A DNA stretch of 64,000 nucleotides, from the IMG/VR virus record IMGVR_UViG_3300028591_000070, positions 321,935 through 385,934 of that record; one strand, given 5' to 3'. Below the pieces are notes generated by a model. It worked only from the letters and a program-made list of their open reading frames with translations. It was not told the DNA's origin and searched no databases. This DNA is from a virus (lineage: Duplodnaviria > Caudoviricetes). The position numbers and the translations under genes are program-made. How positions within the stretch are numbered: position 1 is the stretch's first letter; each line of letters starts with the position of its first letter. Of this stretch, positions 18,194 to 27,889 are shown one piece after another.

Positions 18194-19581
18194 TAAAACT
18201 TTTTCTCCGTTTTTTGAGCCAACCAAGGTAATGCTTTTTTAATTGCAAAAACTTTCATAAGCTTTTGGCTAGCAATATTCAAATTATCTTTATATTCAGG
18301 TTTACTTGAAAGATAGAGTTTTTCTTCCTCAGCTAAAGCAATAGCATTTCTACACCAGAATGCAACAAACTCTTCAAACATACGGAATGTAAGTTTACGA
18401 TTTACTATTACTTTATTTCCAAAAACTGGAATATCTTTTTCATAAGCTTCAATAATAATTCCTAAAGCTGTATAAACACACTGCTTACCCCAATCACGGA
18501 ACCATTTTGGAAGATTTGAATATTCTCTTTCTTTACATAATCCACCAAAAGCAGATTTAAGACGGTCCATGAACTGTTCCAAAGTAAGTTTAACTTCAAG
18601 TGATTCTACACGGTCTACGACTGCTGAGTCAATTTCATATAATTCAAGATTCGATACAAAAATAACAGATGAATTGAAGATAAACTCACGAGGCATACCA
18701 CCAGTTTTTTCAACTTCTTCTTCATTCTCTCTAAGCATTCCTTTAAATGTATATGCATCAACTGGATTTATGCTTTCATTTATAACAACTTGGCCATCTC
18801 TTTTAACAACCAACTTATTTTCATCTAAAGCATCCTTGTCAAATTCAATTTTATAGCTTTCACCTAAATTATCCAATGTGGCATTCATGGCATTTAAGGT
18901 TCTTTTATTAGGTGAAACAAATACAGGTTTATGCAATGCCTCTGGGTCTAAAACACCTTTCATAAAGTTTGCTACTGGACTTCCTTTTCTAAGCATCTTA
19001 TCATTATCATCTAAGACAATTACATAATTCTGTGAATACTTATAAAACCAAGGAGCAACTGTTGTAATTGCATCTCCTAATTCACCACATTCATAATGAT
19101 ATTTTTTACCAGAGCTTGAAATATATTTTTTTAAAGTTTCAGTAACTGTATAAGTATTGTGATGAATCATTCCATCTGTGTCAGTATACAAATGTTTTTC
19201 AGAGTCAATAGAAAATCCATAAACTGGCACATTTTCTGCAATCTTTCTAATAGAAGTACATTTTGTATTTAAGTAAGGAAGATCATCCCCAACTTCAAAA
19301 TCCTTAACAAATCTAGTTGTACAGTCATTTGGTTCAAAGAATGGTTCAACAGAGATAAGGTGTTCTCCGGCTAATTTCTTAGAAATACCATTATCAAACT
19401 GTATTCTATAAAGGTCATCTCTTTTTCTAATAAAGCCATTTATAGGAGTCCAAACACCGTTTTCATCTTGGATTTTAATTTCATCATCTATCTTTACAAA
19501 TTGGCCATCTTCAAACTTTACATTATATTTTTCTTCAAGTTTACTAAAAAGTTCGCCAATTGAGAGAGTTATAGTCTTCAT
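18193..19581 (-). CDS. split-intein C-fragment (aa 1-142) fused to the C-extein of a phage AAA+ ATPase
   Basis: HINT blocks B (AGEH), F (VYGFSIDSEKHLY) and G (IHHN|T); extein TYTV..VIVLDDND (Walker B)..VIFVSNL..AVVDR (sensor/arginine finger); Walker A GK absent. Confidence 0.85.
   Translation of the reverse strand: MKTITLSIGELFSKLEEKYNVKFEDGQFVKIDDEIKIQDENGVWTPINGFIRKRDDLYRIQFDNGISKKLAGEHLISVEPFFEPNDCTTRFVKDFEVGDDLPYLNTKCTSIRKIAENVPVYGFSIDSEKHLYTDTDGMIHHNTYTVTETLKKYISSSGKKYHYECGELGDAITTVAPWFYKYSQNYVIVLDDNDKMLRKGSPVANFMKGVLDPEALHKPVFVSPNKRTLNAMNATLDNLGESYKIEFDKDALDENKLVVKRDGQVVINESINPVDAYTFKGMLRENEEEVEKTGGMPREFIFNSSVIFVSNLELYEIDSAVVDRVESLEVKLTLEQFMDRLKSAFGGLCKEREYSNLPKWFRDWGKQCVYTALGIIIEAYEKDIPVFGNKVIVNRKLTFRMFEEFVAFWCRNAIALAEEEKLYLSSKPEYKDNLNIASQKLMKVFAIKKALPWLAQKTEKKF
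19156..19581 (-). mobile_element. intein C-fragment without block A and without an endonuclease
   Basis: ends HHN with Thr at +1; begins at Met with an in-frame TAA four codons upstream. Confidence 0.8.
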
Positions 19582-19610
19582 ATAAGATAATTAGTATTTA
19601 AAATAAAAAC

Positions 19611-19628
19611 GGCCAACTTTTGTTGGCC
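19611..19628 (-). terminator. terminator after the sigma factor gene
   Basis: GGCCAAC-tttt-GTTGGCC plus a U-tract on the minus strand. Confidence 0.7.
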
Positions 19629-19655
19629 TTTGATTAGAGAGTAATGCGTTTAATA

Positions 19656-20324
19656 TTAGCTCAAAGCTTCTCGAATATCATCATAAGACATAGAATATTT
19701 CTTAGAAAGCTCTGCAATATTTCCTTTAAACTTTTCCTGTCCAAATTTTAATGCAAATTCGGCATCTTTTCTCGAGGCAGAACACTTTTTACAAATTGAG
19801 GCCATTGTTTCACCTTCTGATTTAAGGATAAACAATTTGCGCTGTTTCTCAGAGAGTTCTTTCAATGTTTTTTCAAATGCTTGATTTATAATCTCTTTAG
19901 CCATAGGAGCGACTTCATTTGGAGTTTCAGCAGCTGCACTTTGGTCAAATAATGAAAGAGTTTCACCTTCCTTCATAGTGATTTCAGCTGATACTTCATT
20001 ATCATACTTTTTCTTGGCATGAGAAATAATATCTCTGTTCATTGAATTCCAATACCCATTAAGACGAATCCAGATTGTCCATGTTGCTGGTTTCTTAATG
20101 TCATTTAATCTTACGCCTGCCATTTGATTTTTGAACTTCTCATAAGCTGTTTGAGTCCATTCAGCATATTCCTCTTTGTCAAACTTTCTGTTTGTGAGGG
20201 ATAAAAGTTCATTATGTTTTTTGATTCGAAGTGGCTCATATCTGTTCCAAAGCTCGAGCTCAGCTTTTATGTCACCCTGTTGTGACTTTTCAACCAACTC
20301 ATAGTCGGTATAAATTTTTTCCAT
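19656..20324 (-). CDS. phage RNA polymerase sigma factor (SigH/ECF-like sigma70 family)
   Basis: TDYELVEKSQQGDIKAELELWNRYEPL (region 1.2/2) and LSEKQRKLFILKSEGETMASICKKC (region 4 HTH). Confidence 0.75.
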   Translation of the reverse strand: MEKIYTDYELVEKSQQGDIKAELELWNRYEPLRIKKHNELLSLTNRKFDKEEYAEWTQTAYEKFKNQMAGVRLNDIKKPATWTIWIRLNGYWNSMNRDIISHAKKKYDNEVSAEITMKEGETLSLFDQSAAAETPNEVAPMAKEIINQAFEKTLKELSEKQRKLFILKSEGETMASICKKCSASRKDAEFALKFGQEKFKGNIAELSKKYSMSYDDIREALS

Positions 20325-20496
20325 TATATTACGTATCCTTATTTAAATTACATTGCTATGTATAATACCGCGAGTACTATACCCAATTATAACACCCTTT
20401 ACCGTCTAATTTCTAAAATTATAATCTAAAAATGTGGTTGTGAACATAGCCTTCTCTGGTTGTTCTCCACGAGTTTTTCAGATTTAACCGAATAAA

Positions 20497-20772
20497 CTAG
20501 TCGGATTTAACATTTGTTGCGTCTTTGAATTTTAATTTGAACAGATTGAATTCCTCTCCTTCAACGAGGTCTCTAACCTCTGCTTCAGGAAAGCGCTTGA
20601 GGACTTCTTGATATTTTTCTTTTTTAACTGAAATTTTGAAACAATCCTTTCCTACTTTGTCGAAATGAAAGTCGATGCTTTTTGATGCCTCTTTCATAGG
20701 CTCATCATATTTACTAGGAAGGTTTGCAAAGTTGCACTCTTTAAGAACTTGTTCAAATAACTTAGATTTCAT
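20497..20772 (-). CDS. small protein with an N-terminal MKSKLFEQVLKE motif
   Basis: motif shared with the ORFs at 26583 and 27890. Confidence 0.6.
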   Translation of the reverse strand: MKSKLFEQVLKECNFANLPSKYDEPMKEASKSIDFHFDKVGKDCFKISVKKEKYQEVLKRFPEAEVRDLVEGEEFNLFKLKFKDATNVKSD

Positions 20773-20942
20773 TTACTCTCCAATATTTGTTATAATTATA
20801 TTAACATTAGTTAAAAATTTGGAAGTGAAAACTTAAATTTTTGAACAAATTTTGTTTCCAGAAAAACCATTAATAAGAGTTCCGCCACCAATAAGTGAAT
20901 TATTAAAATCCATATCCACCATAAAAAATCTCCTATATATTT

Positions 20943-21868
20943 TTAAATCTTTTCAAGCCAATCAAGAACTTCCTGACAATCTAAAGAATGAAAGCTACTG
21001 TCGTCAGTAAAACACCTAGCTGTTATGTCTTCGTCGTAATCAAAATAAAAGAAAACACCACATTCTTTATTGCCTTTATTGAAATACACTTCGTACCAAT
21101 CAATATAAAAAAGTTCGTCTGTAATTTGATATTTTTGAGAAATTGCCGTTCTTAAAGTTGTTGCTTTTTTAATATAGCAATCTAGATTAGACTGGATAAG
21201 CTCCATCTGTTTTTTAAGCTTATCTTCTTTTTTATGATAATATTCTAAGACCTTAAATAAATACTCCTGAAAATCTTTTGGTTTTTTCATTAAAGCTCCT
21301 TTACTCGAATTTCTTGAATATCTTGAACTCGAATAGAAATACCACAAGACTGAGAAGTAAGAAAATCTCCCCAGTCTTCAGGCATAAAACATCCATGATC
21401 GTAACAGCCACCTTCTTGTCGACAATTTAGGCATGGATTTTTTGTATGATGAGATAATTCCGAAACATTTACAATTTCAACAGAACCATTCTTATACTTT
21501 ACCAATAATTTCATAGGCAATTAAAGTGAGTCCTCTTCTCCAAAAAGACTCTTATAATAAACTTTATATTTAGCTCTAGCAGGTTTTGCCTTTACTTCTA
21601 AATAATATCTTTTATCATCAACATCTTTAGTTTCTTCAGCTAATCTTTCATATTTGACAACTTGCTTTTTCCAATAATCGAGAGACTTTTTTCGCATAAA
21701 ATTAGAGTCCATAAACAAGCCAAATATAAGTGCAAAAACCATTAGCTCAAGCACTAAAATCATAAATTGACCAATTTCATCAAGTTCCATGGTAACCCAT
21801 AGAATAAAGCCAGCTATGACTAAAAATAAAACTACGGCTATGATTACAACAATTTCATTCGGTGACAT
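20943..21868 (-). CDS. three small hypothetical ORFs (one Cys-rich, one 2-TM membrane protein)
   Basis: abutting ORFs 20943-~21290, 21290-21520, 21521-21868. Confidence 0.5.
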
Positions 21869-21884
21869 TTATTCTCCTTTATTT

Positions 21885-22256
21885 TTAGCATCCATTATTC
21901 CAAAGGTCGATGGCCTTTTTAATAACCTCATCTTTGGTAATATCTACCATATTTTCGTCATAAAGATGCCATTCAGCCAAATTGCCTGTATGCCAAACAT
22001 TATAGCGTGAACGTGGACCTATGGTTTTACAAGAAGAACAAACAACTGAAATATATCGACTATTATTATCAGAAGAGTCCTTCATATGGAACTTTGTTCC
22101 ATTACAATGAGGGCAAACTTTAATATTTCCTTTCTGACTTTCAAAAGTTGCTTTAAAAAGTTTACTCTTATAATTAAAAGGAATATCCTCATCAAGAGGG
22201 CCACGGTACAAATCCATATCCGTGTCAGTTAAAATCATACATTCTCCTTTTCCCAT
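21885..22256 (-). CDS. Lar (restriction alleviation)-like zinc-finger protein
   Basis: CPHCNG..VVCSSCKTIGP..KAIDLWN pattern. Confidence 0.6.
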   Translation of the reverse strand: MGKGECMILTDTDMDLYRGPLDEDIPFNYKSKLFKATFESQKGNIKVCPHCNGTKFHMKDSSDNNSRYISVVCSSCKTIGPRSRYNVWHTGNLAEWHLYDENMVDITKDEVIKKAIDLWNNGC

Positions 22257-22465
22257 TTCTTAACAGCTTTTGCCATCTTTTTTCCATAGGAAACAGCATA
22301 CTTTACTGCATCATCCCAAGTATCTTCAATGCGAGACTGCTTTCCAGCTTCAACTTTAAATTTATCATTCTTAAGTTTAATAATCTTTGGAAGGTCATGA
22401 GTAGTACAATAAGATACCCAATGGCCATTCTCTGAAACTGTCTCCCACTTGTATGCACTCTTCAT
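22235..22465 (-). CDS. hypothetical early protein
   Basis: own sigma70-like promoter and RBS. Confidence 0.6.
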   Translation of the reverse strand: MKSAYKWETVSENGHWVSYCTTHDLPKIIKLKNDKFKVEAGKQSRIEDTWDDAVKYAVSYGKKMAKAVKKWEKENV

Positions 22466-22497
22466 AATTATTTACCTCTTATAAGATTATACCAAAA

Positions 22498-23124
22498 TTA
22501 TATGAATAATTCAGTATATGCTTTACCAACATCAATGTCTTTACTTTGCCAACGCTTAAAAACATCAACAATTTTTGATTTTGGATTTCGAAGCATATTT
22601 TTATATGCACCTTGAAGATGTCCACGCTGGAATATCTTACATAGAAGTTCTTCTTTTGTAAACTTATTATAGTAAGAAGTTTCACTCTGAATTAAAGCAT
22701 TTGGATCACATGTTAAGTCAATTACTGCTCCTTTTTTGAAAATAGCAGCAATATCAGCTGAGGTCATTTCTTTACCATTTACAGTAAACTTAATAGAATT
22801 AAAATCCTGAATATTTCTATTGAGATAATCAACTAAGCCATAAAGCGTAAGTGTTTTTCCAAGATTAGCGTGAAGGGCTTTTGCATTTTCCGTAGATATT
22901 TTTTTATTTTCTGCAGCTCTTTCTTCTCTTTTAGCTTTAGCTTCCTGAACCTTAGAATAATTTGTATTCTGGCTTCCACAATTTGGGCAAACATGTAAAA
23001 TATGTTCCTGAGAATAAGTACCATAATCTTGGCCTTGACTTCGAATATCACGCTCTGTTGTATAATAACTTGTTTTCAACAGATAATTGAAAGATTTTCC
23101 ACAAGAATAGCATTTATACATCAT
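22498..23124 (-). CDS. zinc-ribbon early protein
   Basis: CYSC..CPNCGS; own promoter and RBS. Confidence 0.6.
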   Translation of the reverse strand: MMYKCYSCGKSFNYLLKTSYYTTERDIRSQGQDYGTYSQEHILHVCPNCGSQNTNYSKVQEAKAKREERAAENKKISTENAKALHANLGKTLTLYGLVDYLNRNIQDFNSIKFTVNGKEMTSADIAAIFKKGAVIDLTCDPNALIQSETSYYNKFTKEELLCKIFQRGHLQGAYKNMLRNPKSKIVDVFKRWQSKDIDVGKAYTELFI

Positions 23125-23156
23125 AATTATTACCTCTTATAGAGATAATACCTTTT

Positions 23157-23945
23157 TTATGCAAAAAGTTCAGTATACATTTTTAAGTATAACTCAAATC
23201 GTCTTGTAGGAGCAAATCCAGTCAAGTCATCAAAACTAAGATTTACATCTTTAGGTGGATATTTATGGTTTCGATAATACCAATCGCTACGATGCGTTTC
23301 CCATTTCAATGTCATAGGATTATAAATCCAATATTTATTTTCTCGTGTATAATTACCATAACCGGCATTATAAATAATATATAGATTTACCCAATCATAT
23401 CCTACATATTTTACATAGCGCATATAATGCCATACACCAACTTCAATATTCTTGTCAATATCAAACATGTCATCCCAAGTATAAGTATAACCTCTTTTAC
23501 TAAAAGTATTAAAATCACAAAGAGTATCATAATGAACTTGAGTTAAACCTCTACAATTTTTATGGCTTTCAGCTCTTGGCTTAAAATTACCACAATTTAT
23601 AATAGAAATTTCAGAAGTTTTAGTTTTATCACTTTCAGTTCCAATTAAAGAATAAATAACTGGAATAGGTGTTCCACATCTCTCATACTCTCGTAAAACG
23701 GCATGAGCTATTCTGGCTGCATATTCATTTTTACAAACTGCAATACTCTGTCTCAATATTGGAGAAATTTCAACTTTTTCCTCTTCATCATTTGGAATGA
23801 ATGGAATTTCTTTTACAGCCTCAACTTTCTGGTTTGCTATTCTTTCCTGATGTTTAACCTCAGCAAATAAGCCAAGGAGAATAGACATTAATGCTACCCA
23901 AGTGATAGCAATAATTAATAATAATTTAGAACTATTGGTTTTCAT
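23157..23945 (-). CDS. SLT-family lytic transglycosylase with an N-terminal membrane anchor
   Basis: catalytic TES, GLTQV, NIEVG and YNAG motifs. Confidence 0.8.
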   Translation of the reverse strand: MKTNSSKLLLIIAITWVALMSILLGLFAEVKHQERIANQKVEAVKEIPFIPNDEEEKVEISPILRQSIAVCKNEYAARIAHAVLREYERCGTPIPVIYSLIGTESDKTKTSEISIINCGNFKPRAESHKNCRGLTQVHYDTLCDFNTFSKRGYTYTWDDMFDIDKNIEVGVWHYMRYVKYVGYDWVNLYIIYNAGYGNYTRENKYWIYNPMTLKWETHRSDWYYRNHKYPPKDVNLSFDDLTGFAPTRRFELYLKMYTELFA

Positions 23946-23965
23946 TTTATTTACTTCCCCTCAAA

Positions 23966-24220
23966 TTATTCTTCATCAAAGCAAATACATTTTTTACAAA
24001 TTATCTGGATTGTGCGTTCTTCTTCAAAGCGGTCTACAATTTGAAAGGTTTCATCATTTTCTAAGAAGTACTCAATTCTTTCTTCATATTCAAGATATGA
24101 GTCACAAATTACATTGATAATCTGAAATTCACCAACATATTCTCCTGTTGGTAAATATTTTTCTGCAAAAGCACTGAAAGCAAAAAATCCGAATAAAATA
24201 GAAATAATAAGTTTTTTCAT
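23966..24220 (-). CDS. small secreted protein
   Basis: signal peptide MKKLIISILFGFFAFSAFA. Confidence 0.55.
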   Translation of the reverse strand: MKKLIISILFGFFAFSAFAEKYLPTGEYVGEFQIINVICDSYLEYEERIEYFLENDETFQIVDRFEEERTIQIICKKCICFDEE

Positions 24221-24310
24221 GGTATTCTCCAAATTGCTTCCATGCAAAATTAGAAGGACTTCCTTTACCTTCTATGTAGAATATACCATTTATTCAAATT
24301 TTATTCAAGA

Positions 24311-26362
24311 TTATAAATAATTTGTTTTATTAAATTTTCCGTCTTCTGCCTTATAAACATTACATTTATAGTTTTCTTTAATATGATCCAAAATCTCATT
24401 TTTGTGAGAAATGATAAAAAGCTGCTTAAATGATTTTGAATTGATAAGCATGTCAGTAAGAATTTTGGCATCTGCATCATTCGCTGACTGGTCAATTTCA
24501 TCTCCAACAAAGAGGTCCAATTTATAAGATTCAGCTAATGAAACTTTGAATGCTAAACTTAAAATGTATCTTTCAAGTCCAGAAGACATATCTGCTTTAA
24601 GATATTTATTTCTTTTTTCATCAACAATAGTTTTATCCTTAGTATAAAGTAAATCACATCCTTTGTCACTTACTTCCAATTTTACCTCATACTTAGGAAA
24701 TACCTTGTGAATAAATCTATTTATTTTACTCTGAAGTGAGTCACAAATCTTTTTAGACATGTACTTAGGCAAAGTCTTATTTACGACTTCATAAGCTTCC
24801 TTAATTGCTGTAACTTTATTATTTAATGACACAACATCATCTAATAATTTTTCATTTGCAATTGTCAGTTCGGCACACTTTGCTTTATTTTCAGAATTAG
24901 TTTTAATAATTACTGTATTTTTTTCAATTGTAATATTATCCTCATCAATTGCTTTTTTGAGTGGCTCGATTTCATCTAATAATTCTGAAACAGACTTTGT
25001 AACCTTATATTGATCCAATTCTTTTTGTTTGGCAGCTTGTATATCCAAAAGTTCTTGTTTTTTAGAGTTAATTTCAACAATATTACAAACATGTTTTGGT
25101 GGCTCTCTATCTTTTAGAGAATTAAGTCGATTTCTTTTAGACATTAAATTACTATTATTTCCTGCCAAATCAATATTTCTTGTATTATATTTTGTTTGAG
25201 CTAAATTAAATGAGTTTTCAATTTCTTTTTTCTGTAAAGATAATCTATTAATTTCTAAGATTTCTCTATCCAGCTCATTTGTTAATTTTTCCAATTGCTC
25301 ATCCAAAGTATTATCCAAATCTGCAGTAGGCTGACCACAAGTAGGACATTTTCCTTGAGAAACTAAATCTAATTTTGCTTTTACATTTTTAATATCAGCT
25401 TCAATTTCAATCTTATGAGTATTATGTTCTGTTAGGTTTTCTGTAATTTCAGTTTTCTGAGTGGCCCAATTATCTACATCTTTTTTAAGACTTTCAAGCT
25501 CGGAATTTGAGTCACTTACAATTTTTTCTAAATCTGCAATTTCATTTACAAGAGTTTTAATTTCTTTTTCTTTTTCAGCTTCATTAGAAATGATACCTTC
25601 TTCCTGCATAATAAGCTGTGAATATTTTAGAATGTCACCATTATAAGAATTGATTTCATTTTTAATTGCATTTGCTTTATCAATTATGTCTTGATTAGCT
25701 CTAATAAGTTTTGTCTGCTCTGCAATTTGAGCTTCATATTCTTTTTTAGTCTTATCATCTAATTTTCTTTCTTCAGTTTTCTGTTCAATCGAAAGATGCT
25801 CAATAGTAGATCTATTTCCTGCGATTTGAGAATTCAACTCATTAATTTTATCTTCAAGCTCTTTTTTAGAGGCCATCAACTTATCTTTCTTAGCTTTAAA
25901 ATTAAAATTAAAAAGCTTCTGAATATAAGTCAATCTTTCAGCAGCACCGATCTCAACAATATTTACCTCATTCTGCATAGCAAAAGCTAATTTAGCATGG
26001 TAATCTATATTTCTAGCTTTAAGCCAATCTTCTACTTGTGAGTCTTCAAAAGACTCTCCATCATATTCAAGAAGTCTTTTACAAGCATTACCTTTTACTC
26101 GATTTATAGTTGTAGTAAATGTTGCTAATTTGCCATAAATATCTGCCTTTAAAATAATTAAGGCATTATCTTCTCCCTGTTTTACATATTCACCATAAGT
26201 TGAAGAACGTTTATAAGTTGAGAGAGTAATTCTCATCGCATCAAAAAGTGCTGATTTTCCTGAAGCAGGCTGACCATAAATAAAATTCATACTATCGTCA
26301 AAGACAAAATCCGCCTCTGATATGTTCATAAAATTGATTAAGTGTAATTCTTTAATTCTCAT
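24311..26362 (-). CDS. Rad50/SbcC/gp46-like recombination ATPase
   Basis: Walker A GQPASGKS, long coiled coil, CPTC zinc hook, MSSGLE signature, FVGDEID Walker B, ISH. Confidence 0.9.
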   Translation of the reverse strand: MRIKELHLINFMNISEADFVFDDSMNFIYGQPASGKSALFDAMRITLSTYKRSSTYGEYVKQGEDNALIILKADIYGKLATFTTTINRVKGNACKRLLEYDGESFEDSQVEDWLKARNIDYHAKLAFAMQNEVNIVEIGAAERLTYIQKLFNFNFKAKKDKLMASKKELEDKINELNSQIAGNRSTIEHLSIEQKTEERKLDDKTKKEYEAQIAEQTKLIRANQDIIDKANAIKNEINSYNGDILKYSQLIMQEEGIISNEAEKEKEIKTLVNEIADLEKIVSDSNSELESLKKDVDNWATQKTEITENLTEHNTHKIEIEADIKNVKAKLDLVSQGKCPTCGQPTADLDNTLDEQLEKLTNELDREILEINRLSLQKKEIENSFNLAQTKYNTRNIDLAGNNSNLMSKRNRLNSLKDREPPKHVCNIVEINSKKQELLDIQAAKQKELDQYKVTKSVSELLDEIEPLKKAIDEDNITIEKNTVIIKTNSENKAKCAELTIANEKLLDDVVSLNNKVTAIKEAYEVVNKTLPKYMSKKICDSLQSKINRFIHKVFPKYEVKLEVSDKGCDLLYTKDKTIVDEKRNKYLKADMSSGLERYILSLAFKVSLAESYKLDLFVGDEIDQSANDADAKILTDMLINSKSFKQLFIISHKNEILDHIKENYKCNVYKAEDGKFNKTNYL

Positions 26363-26582
26363 AATGGTTTTTTAAATTATATATTAACTTAGTGACATTC
26401 CAGACTTTAAAAAGTCTGGAAACTGGTCACTGTTAAATTATATTTAAAGATGACCACTTTCTCGACTTTTTCAAAGTCTCAAAAGATGTCTTTTTCGCTC
26501 CACGGAGCTCAAAAGCTAACCACGGCACCGCCTTAGGTAGCTTAAAATGTGGATATAATCAAAAAATGACTAAATTATTTAT

Positions 26583-27878
26583 ATGCAAAGCAAATTATTT
26601 GAATCAATTTTAAAAGAAGCTAAAGATTATAAATTTAAAGCAAAAGTCGGAGATTTTTGGCTACAAAAAGATGGTAATAGCTGGAGACTTTGTGATGATA
26701 AAGCTGAAGCAGATGAATTTGAATCTGAAACTGAGCCAAAGCAGATTGTAAATCAAATGCAAAAAAATGGTGAAGTTAAAGAGACAACTAAAGTAGAAAT
26801 TATAAAAATTAAAGAAAGTACAAAGCTTTTTAATAGAGTCCTTAAAGAAACAAGCACTAGCACAACTTTTATGCAATATTATATTCCTGAAGAAAAAGAC
26901 TGGAATGTTAAAGCTTTAAAAAATCGTTTTAAAGAAATATGCAATAGCATGGGTATTTGGACCGACTTAAATGAGGGATGTGAAACTTGGGGACTTCATT
27001 TAGCTGTTATCAGATATAATAATGGTAGATTAGGACTTGAAATAAAATCACCTTATTATTATCTTGATATGAACTTTGGTGGCGATATTGAGTTATATCC
27101 AAATGGAGAAGATGCTAATAAAAGTTATGAAGACTTTATTATAAGTGCAATCAATAAATCTTGTTTATTTATTAAGAGTAAATATAACGATGAGAGAAAT
27201 AATGATAGTCGTAAATATTTATTGATTAAAAATCATCCAAATCCTAAAGACCTTTTTATAGTAGATAAGCTTACAGTAAAAAAATTATTAAGACAAGCAT
27301 TTAAATCAGATGAATGTAAATTTATTAGCTTTGAAGACCAATATGATATTTATGGTGAAACATATTTTGATGTTTCTTCTCCTTCAGAGTCTGAAATAGA
27401 AATTTATACAAACTTCTATGATGATGAATCTAATGCTAAAAATGCAACTTATACTTTTGATAGCAACCTTAATTTTACAGTTAAATGTAAAGATGGCACA
27501 AGTGGAAGTGGTCATGGATATGAAGAAGCTGTTAGATGGTATATCTTGAATGCAGCAAATGCTTTAGCTGATGGAGAGTTCTCAAAAGATTATAATCCAA
27601 ATACTTATGAGTTTGTTGTTTACTTAAATCAAGATTTCTATACAAGAATTTCTAAAAATATTTGGCAACCTATTGAATCAATATTTGAGAATAATGGTCG
27701 TCGTAATACAAATTATCAACCTGAAGACTGGGTAGACGAAAGAGCCGCAGCTTGGACTTGTGTAGAAGAAGACGATGTAAAAGATGCTGTTGCTTGGTTA
27801 AGAAAAAAGAAGGTTAAAAATCCTATTAAGTTCTCTATTAGAGATGAACATGGAAAAGATGTAACTGACCAATTTTAA
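26583..27878 (+). CDS. probable internal head (poly)protein
   Basis: MQSKLFESILKEA and internal STKLFNRVLKET motifs. Confidence 0.55.
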   Translation: MQSKLFESILKEAKDYKFKAKVGDFWLQKDGNSWRLCDDKAEADEFESETEPKQIVNQMQKNGEVKETTKVEIIKIKESTKLFNRVLKETSTSTTFMQYYIPEEKDWNVKALKNRFKEICNSMGIWTDLNEGCETWGLHLAVIRYNNGRLGLEIKSPYYYLDMNFGGDIELYPNGEDANKSYEDFIISAINKSCLFIKSKYNDERNNDSRKYLLIKNHPNPKDLFIVDKLTVKKLLRQAFKSDECKFISFEDQYDIYGETYFDVSSPSESEIEIYTNFYDDESNAKNATYTFDSNLNFTVKCKDGTSGSGHGYEEAVRWYILNAANALADGEFSKDYNPNTYEFVVYLNQDFYTRISKNIWQPIESIFENNGRRNTNYQPEDWVDERAAAWTCVEEDDVKDAVAWLRKKKVKNPIKFSIRDEHGKDVTDQF

Positions 27879-27889
27879 GGAGAAAACAT

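Noticed and set aside
24311-26362. Walker A of the gp46-like gene as the missing N-extein of the split intein
   Set aside because: It is the N-terminus of a complete Rad50-type ABC ATPase with no intein fragment
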